Below, one piece after another: positions 55,921 to 64,000 of a stretch of DNA of 64,000 nt. Origin of the DNA: the human T2T-CHM13v2.0 reference genome, Homo sapiens; assembly GCF_009914755.1 (NCBI RefSeq), contig NC_060940.1; one strand, written 5' to 3'. Under the pieces are notes generated by a model. The model made no database searches. It was given only the letters and a program-made list of their open reading frames with translations, and had not been told where the DNA came from. Made by a program: the position numbers and the translations under genes. How positions within the stretch are numbered: position 1 is the first letter of the stretch; every line of letters begins with the position of its first letter.

Positions 55921-58560
55921 CATCCTGATGAGAAGGGGGGTCACAGGGGTCTCGGGGCCAGGGTTCAGCCAGCCAGGCCCCAGCTTGCTCTCTTCTGGTG
56001 CTGCCCCTGTCCCTGAATTCATAGACCCGGCTTTCCCTCTCTTGAGCACCTACTATGTGCCAGGCTGCGCTTTGCGCATGTAGCAGAGGCAACAGTGTCA
56101 CCTGGGAAGCTGGTTTCCCCCAAAGGAACTCTTGTCTGTCCGTTGTTGCAGAGCCAGCGCATGAGACCAAGTGTGAGTATCAGGCAGTGCAGCCTTCATT
56201 CAGTGGCCATGGAATTGGAGAAGTGGGAGGGTAGCTCGCAAATCAAGCTCTCAGCTCTTGGAAACTGAGAAGTTACAGGTAATAGGGAGTGTTGACGAAA
56301 AGTAAAACCGTGCAAAATATTTGAAGAGATTTATTGTGAGCCAAATACGAGTAACCACAGCCTGTGATACAGCCCTCTCGAGGCCCTGAGAACATGTGCC
56401 CAAGGTGGTCGGGGTGCAGCTTGGTTTTATGTTTTAGGTTGGCATGAGACATCAGTCAAATACATTAAATACATTGGTTTGGTCCAGGAAGGCGGGACAA
56501 CGCAAAGGGGTGGGGGTGGGGGCTTCCAGGCTATAGGTAAATTTAAATATTTTCTAGTTGACAATTGGTTGAGTTTGTCTGAAGACCTGGGATTGATAGA
56601 AAGGAAGTGTTCAGGTTAAGATAAAAGATAGTGGAGACTAAGGTTCTTTTGAAGTCTTATGGTGGCTGCTCTTAGAGATAATAGATGACAAATGTTTCCT
56701 ATTCAGATCTTCAAAAGGTGTTAGACTTTTAGTTAATCCGTTTAGGATTGGGAGGGCCTGGAAGAAAAACATCTAGCTATGTTAATAGATGTTCTTTACA
56801 GATGCACATTTTACCCCACAAAGGATAGCTTTTGGGGGAAAATGCTGTCCTTTATGGAAGAAATTGCAAAATAGGGCAAGGAAACATGTTTTGGGGTAAA
56901 ATATTTTGACTTTCTTTTTGTCACGTAATGTTATGCCAGAGTCAGAATGGAAAGTAAGTCATCATATATAGGATTAAATAAAACCCATCTGATGAGAATT
57001 TATGGTTTGTAGGTCATGACTCCCCAGATCCCTTAGATAGGAATTTGGGCAGGATTAAAAAAATCAAGAGTTTAGGCTGGTCGTGGTGGCTCACGCCTAT
57101 AATCCCAGCATTTTGGGAGGCCAAGGCAGGTGGATCGCTTGAGGTCAGAAGTTTAAGACCAGCCTGGCCAACATGGCGAAACCCCGTCTCTACTAAAAAT
57201 ACAAAAATTAGCTGGGCATGGTGGCACACGCCTGTGATTCTAGCTGATTGGGAGGCTGAGGCATGAGACTCAACTTGAACCCGGGAGGCGGAGGTTGCAA
57301 TGAGCTGAGATTGTGCCACTGCACTCCAGCTTGGTTGACAAAGTGAGACTCTGTGTCAAAAACAAAACAAAACAGAAAAAAAAAACAAAAGAATCAGAGC
57401 TTAGTCGTCAGGTGTCCTTAATGAAGGGGCTGGGCATTAAGAGCAAGGCGAGGAGGCAGAAGGAAAGCTTGAGCCCAGGAATTGGAGACCAGCTTGGGCA
57501 ACATGGTAAGACCCTGTCTCTAAAAAAAATAAAAATTAAGAACAAGAGGAGGAATATTCATGTTTTTTCTTGGGAAGGGAGGTAGATTTTCCTGGAATCA
57601 AGGAGCTGCCCCTTTTTTTGTCCTTTTTTTGGTCTCTTCGGGTCATCACGGTGATTGTCAACTGTCATGGCAACCAGTGGGAATGTCATTTAGTACTGAA
57701 GTTGGATTAGAATGAAGCTAGAGGTTCTTCAGAGGTCGAGTAAGCTAAGAAGGAACCTATGACCACAGACAACCTGTTTTCTAAAAATAAGCAGAGTTAA
57801 ATCTGAGTAGGAATTTAGCTATGTCATGGAGGCATTGCATTAGGTAACAAAAGCCAGGTAGGCGTCCAGCTAAGTCCCCTAGGCCCTGCAACGGGTAACA
57901 GCAGTACTGACTCTATGTTAGAGAAAAGCTTGCTTGCTTGAGTATAATTATTGTTTTGCCTGAGTTTGTAAACTATTCACTAAAAACAGCCACAGAAAAA
58001 AACAGGACCTTCTTCAACAGATAAAACACACAGACCCGCAGCTTTGGGAACAGGCTGATGGCCCCTGCACAGTCTAGTCACAAGGCATTGACCAAGAAAG
58101 TAATGACTAACTGCCCATCTGAGACTGTGCATGATTCACAAGAATGTTTCTTTGTTTTGTTTTTTGAGACAGTCTTGGTCTGTCTCCCAGGCTGGAGTGC
58201 AGTGATGTTGGTTCGCTGTAGCCTCTGCCTCCTGAGTAGCTGGGACTACAGGCGTGTGCCACCGCACCTGGCTAATTTTTGTATTTTTAGTAGAGATGAT
58301 GTTTGACTATGTTGGCCAGGATGGTCTCGAACTCCTGACCTCAAGTGATCCACCTGCCTCGGCCTCCCAAATTGCTGGGGTTACAAGCATGAGCCACCGC
58401 TCCTGGCCCACAAGAATGTTTTGATCATTATTTCTCCTAATTTTCCTTAAAATCCCTGGATCTAGAGGCACAACTGAGAAAGGTGGTCTTTGAATGCTAG
58501 TGCACTGCCTTTTGCAGGTTGCTGGTTTCTCGAATAAAGCTAACTTTGCTTTCACCAAAG
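55470..58560 (+). ncRNA. Putative divergent lncRNA from the ZKSCAN2 promoter (consistent with my recollection of ZKSCAN2-DT); boundaries inferred
   Basis: Bidirectional-type CpG promoter; candidate donor CAG|gtaata at 56278/56279; sense LTR AATAAA at 58533-58538; no credible ORF. Confidence 0.4.
56290..57410 (-). mobile_element. ERV1 LTR, MER4-group, interrupted by an Alu (~57075-57390)
   Basis: aaaatatttgaagagatttatt.tgagccaaata...ctgagaacatgtgcccaaggtggtcggggtgcagcttggttttat...aatcagagcttagtc. Confidence 0.8.
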
Positions 58561-58620
58561 CTTGTCTTTTGAGTTTTTGGCTTTCAGGCGACGAGTGGCC
58601 TGGACACCAGTTCGGCTACA
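57915..58620 (+). mobile_element. ERV-type LTR (subfamily not determined) with an internal Alu (~58150-58408) and AATAAA at 58533
   Basis: TATA-like ccttaaaatccc, then AATAAA, then terminal ...agttcggctaca typical of ERV1 LTR ends; Alu TSD cacaagaatgttt. Confidence 0.55.
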
Positions 58621-59587
58621 TGTATGTCAGTGGGCAAAACAAAAATCCTTATTCTGGGAGGTAGATAGCTTATTAGAAAACACAACCTAATCACTTGTTT
58701 CCCAAATGTTAAAAATTGAGCCAATTTTAGCCCCAGAAGCTTAGGGTACCATGTACATAACAGGCATTACCTGAGGGTGGGGCAGAGAGAATCAGTGGGG
58801 TACCTCGTATATGCCAGGGGTTGTATCAGCATCCTTACACAGCTCATTTTTCTTTTTAAATAATACTTATTGAGGACCTATTTAATGCCAGATATGGTGG
58901 TAGGTAGGGAGCAAAAGCAGGATTCCCCTCCCATTATTGAGTTTTCAGTCTGGTGGGAGAGGCAGGAATTAAATAAGTAATCCACAAACTCAAGTACAAT
59001 TCTAAGGGAGATGGGTGCCACCAAGAAGAGACATGGTGCTGAGAACCTATGTCTGTCAGAGGGATTTGATCTATTTGGGAGGTCTGGAAAGGTTTTTTTG
59101 AAGAAGCAGTGCTAGGGGTGAGATCCAAAGGAGAAGAGCTAATTAGGCAAAGCCTAGTCCTCACAAAAATCCTATAAACCAGATATGATTACCTTCATTT
59201 TAGAGTTTAGGGCATTGAGACTTGAGCAAGGTGATGTCACTGCCCAAGGTTACATCAGATTAAATGGCAACCCAGGATTCAGATTCAAATAAGAGTAGGG
59301 TTCTTTATATTCTCCTTGGGCTATTTGGTGGTTTTAGGAGAGGCAAGTATCACAAACAGCTTGGGGACATGAGGGAGCAGGAGTCACAAACTTGAAAGCA
59401 TGTAGAGCTCAGGCAGATAGCATAGAGTGAAGTAGGGCAGAGTGTAAGACAATGGGATGGTGGGGAGTGTGGTGAGCTGAAGGCCACATTTCCTGTCTAA
59501 AGGAAGCAGCCACTAGTTCCAGTCTCTTGTTGCCATGCAGGATTACAGACCAAGCCCTGCTGGATCTTCTGATGATATTATTTTGAG

Positions 59588-63218
<3,631 letters not shown>

Positions 63219-63479
63219 TTTTCATTTCTTTTATGCCAAATCTGATCTACTTCTTAAAAATTGAAAAGTAGAAATGAGAAGATTGGGTATGTGTGTACTG
63301 GTGTCTACTTCAGACATAGTATTAATATTTTCAAATATGATTCCTTAACTAAGCTACATGCCTCTTTATAAAGCATCATGCCAGGCACTAATGGGATAGG
63401 CAGATACATAAGACATGACCATTTTACTTAAAGTGTTACAGTAAAGTGGAAAAAATTTGAGACAGTGTCTTGCTCTGTC

Positions 63480-63925
63480 CTCAGATGATATCCTCAGGCA
63501 ATTGATTCCCCTCTATTTTCAGCTCTGTTTTTTCCTGAATCAACCTTATTTTCAGTAGGTTCTCCCCATGTAGTAGCTGCTGGTCTTCTGAAAGAGAGTA
63601 CACTTCCCTGAACCCCCAGTAGTTTCAGCAAATGTCCTGGGGCTGACCCTCATAGGGTTGACTTGGGTCATGTGCCCATCCTGAACCAATCACTGTGACC
63701 AGGGAGAGGGAATTCCTGATTGGTGAGGCCTGGGTCACATGTCCACTCTGGAGCTGCGGTGTGTTGTCAGCTCTTTCTGAGCCGCCTGGTCCAAGAGTTT
63801 GGAAGGGTTTTTTTTTTTTTTTTTTCCTAAAGAAAAATTGAGTGGTCCATTTTTCCTAAAGAAAAATTTTCCTAAAGAAAAATTGCTACTACCAGAAGAA
63901 GGGATAAAGGATGCTATACAGGTAA
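63480..63925 (-). mobile_element. Old MaLR (MLT1K/L-like) LTR
   Basis: ttgggtcatgtgcccatcctgaaccaatcactgtg.ccaggg...ctgattgg...ggcctgggtcacatg motif. Confidence 0.6.
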
Positions 63926-64000
63926 AACGAAGGGATGTTCACTTTCCCTCAAGGCCCTAGTAGAAGAGGTGTCATAAAACCGTACATAATTCCATATGAT

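Noticed and set aside
54767-56170. 467-aa minus-strand ORF and several overlapping 130-190 aa ORFs
   Set aside because: They lie in the GC-rich CpG island where stops are rare, are Pro/Arg/Ala/Gly-rich with no domain, and span the promoter. Only the ATG-initiated last 37 codons were kept, as a uORF.
63823-63885. Three copies of tttcctaaagaaaaatt
   Set aside because: Short slippage duplication beside a poly(T) inside an old LTR; no sign of function

Overview
Human (primate) genomic DNA, very Alu-rich (about 60 Alu copies or fragments by eye), recognisable as the AQP8-ZKSCAN2 locus (chr16p12, from recall). On the + strand is the complete six-exon aquaporin-8 gene: CDS 14536-25983, spliced length 786 nt = 261 aa, two NPA motifs, GT-AG introns, poly(A) signal at 26398. 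On the - strand, tail-to-tail with it, is the complete seven-exon ZKSCAN2 gene: CDS 54618 down to 37307, spliced length 2904 nt = 967 aa. Its domains are SCAN, a degenerate KRAB, two tandem Myb/SANT-like domains and six C2H2 fingers. It has a ~3.8 kb 3'UTR and a CpG-island promoter with bidirectional-type motifs that probably also drives a divergent lncRNA ending in an ERV LTR. The rest is interspersed repeats (Alu, L1, L2, MIR, LTR8-like, MER4-like, MER34-like, MLT1, MADE1, a 5'-truncated SVA) and microsatellites. I found no convincing wholly new gene or system. The most interesting unexplained structure is regulatory or evolutionary: (1) an AQP8 upstream ATG plus tandem-acceptor frame switch; (2) a PTF1-type composite site and a CDX motif at the AQP8 promoter; (3) a sense SVA poly(A) cassette in AQP8 intron 3; (4) the exon-duplicated Myb module of ZKSCAN2 with a fossil splice acceptor; (5) a hairpin-bearing minisatellite near the KRAB exon; (6) a young 150-bp local duplication with permuted order. 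Repeat subfamily names come from recalled consensus sequences, not from a search.
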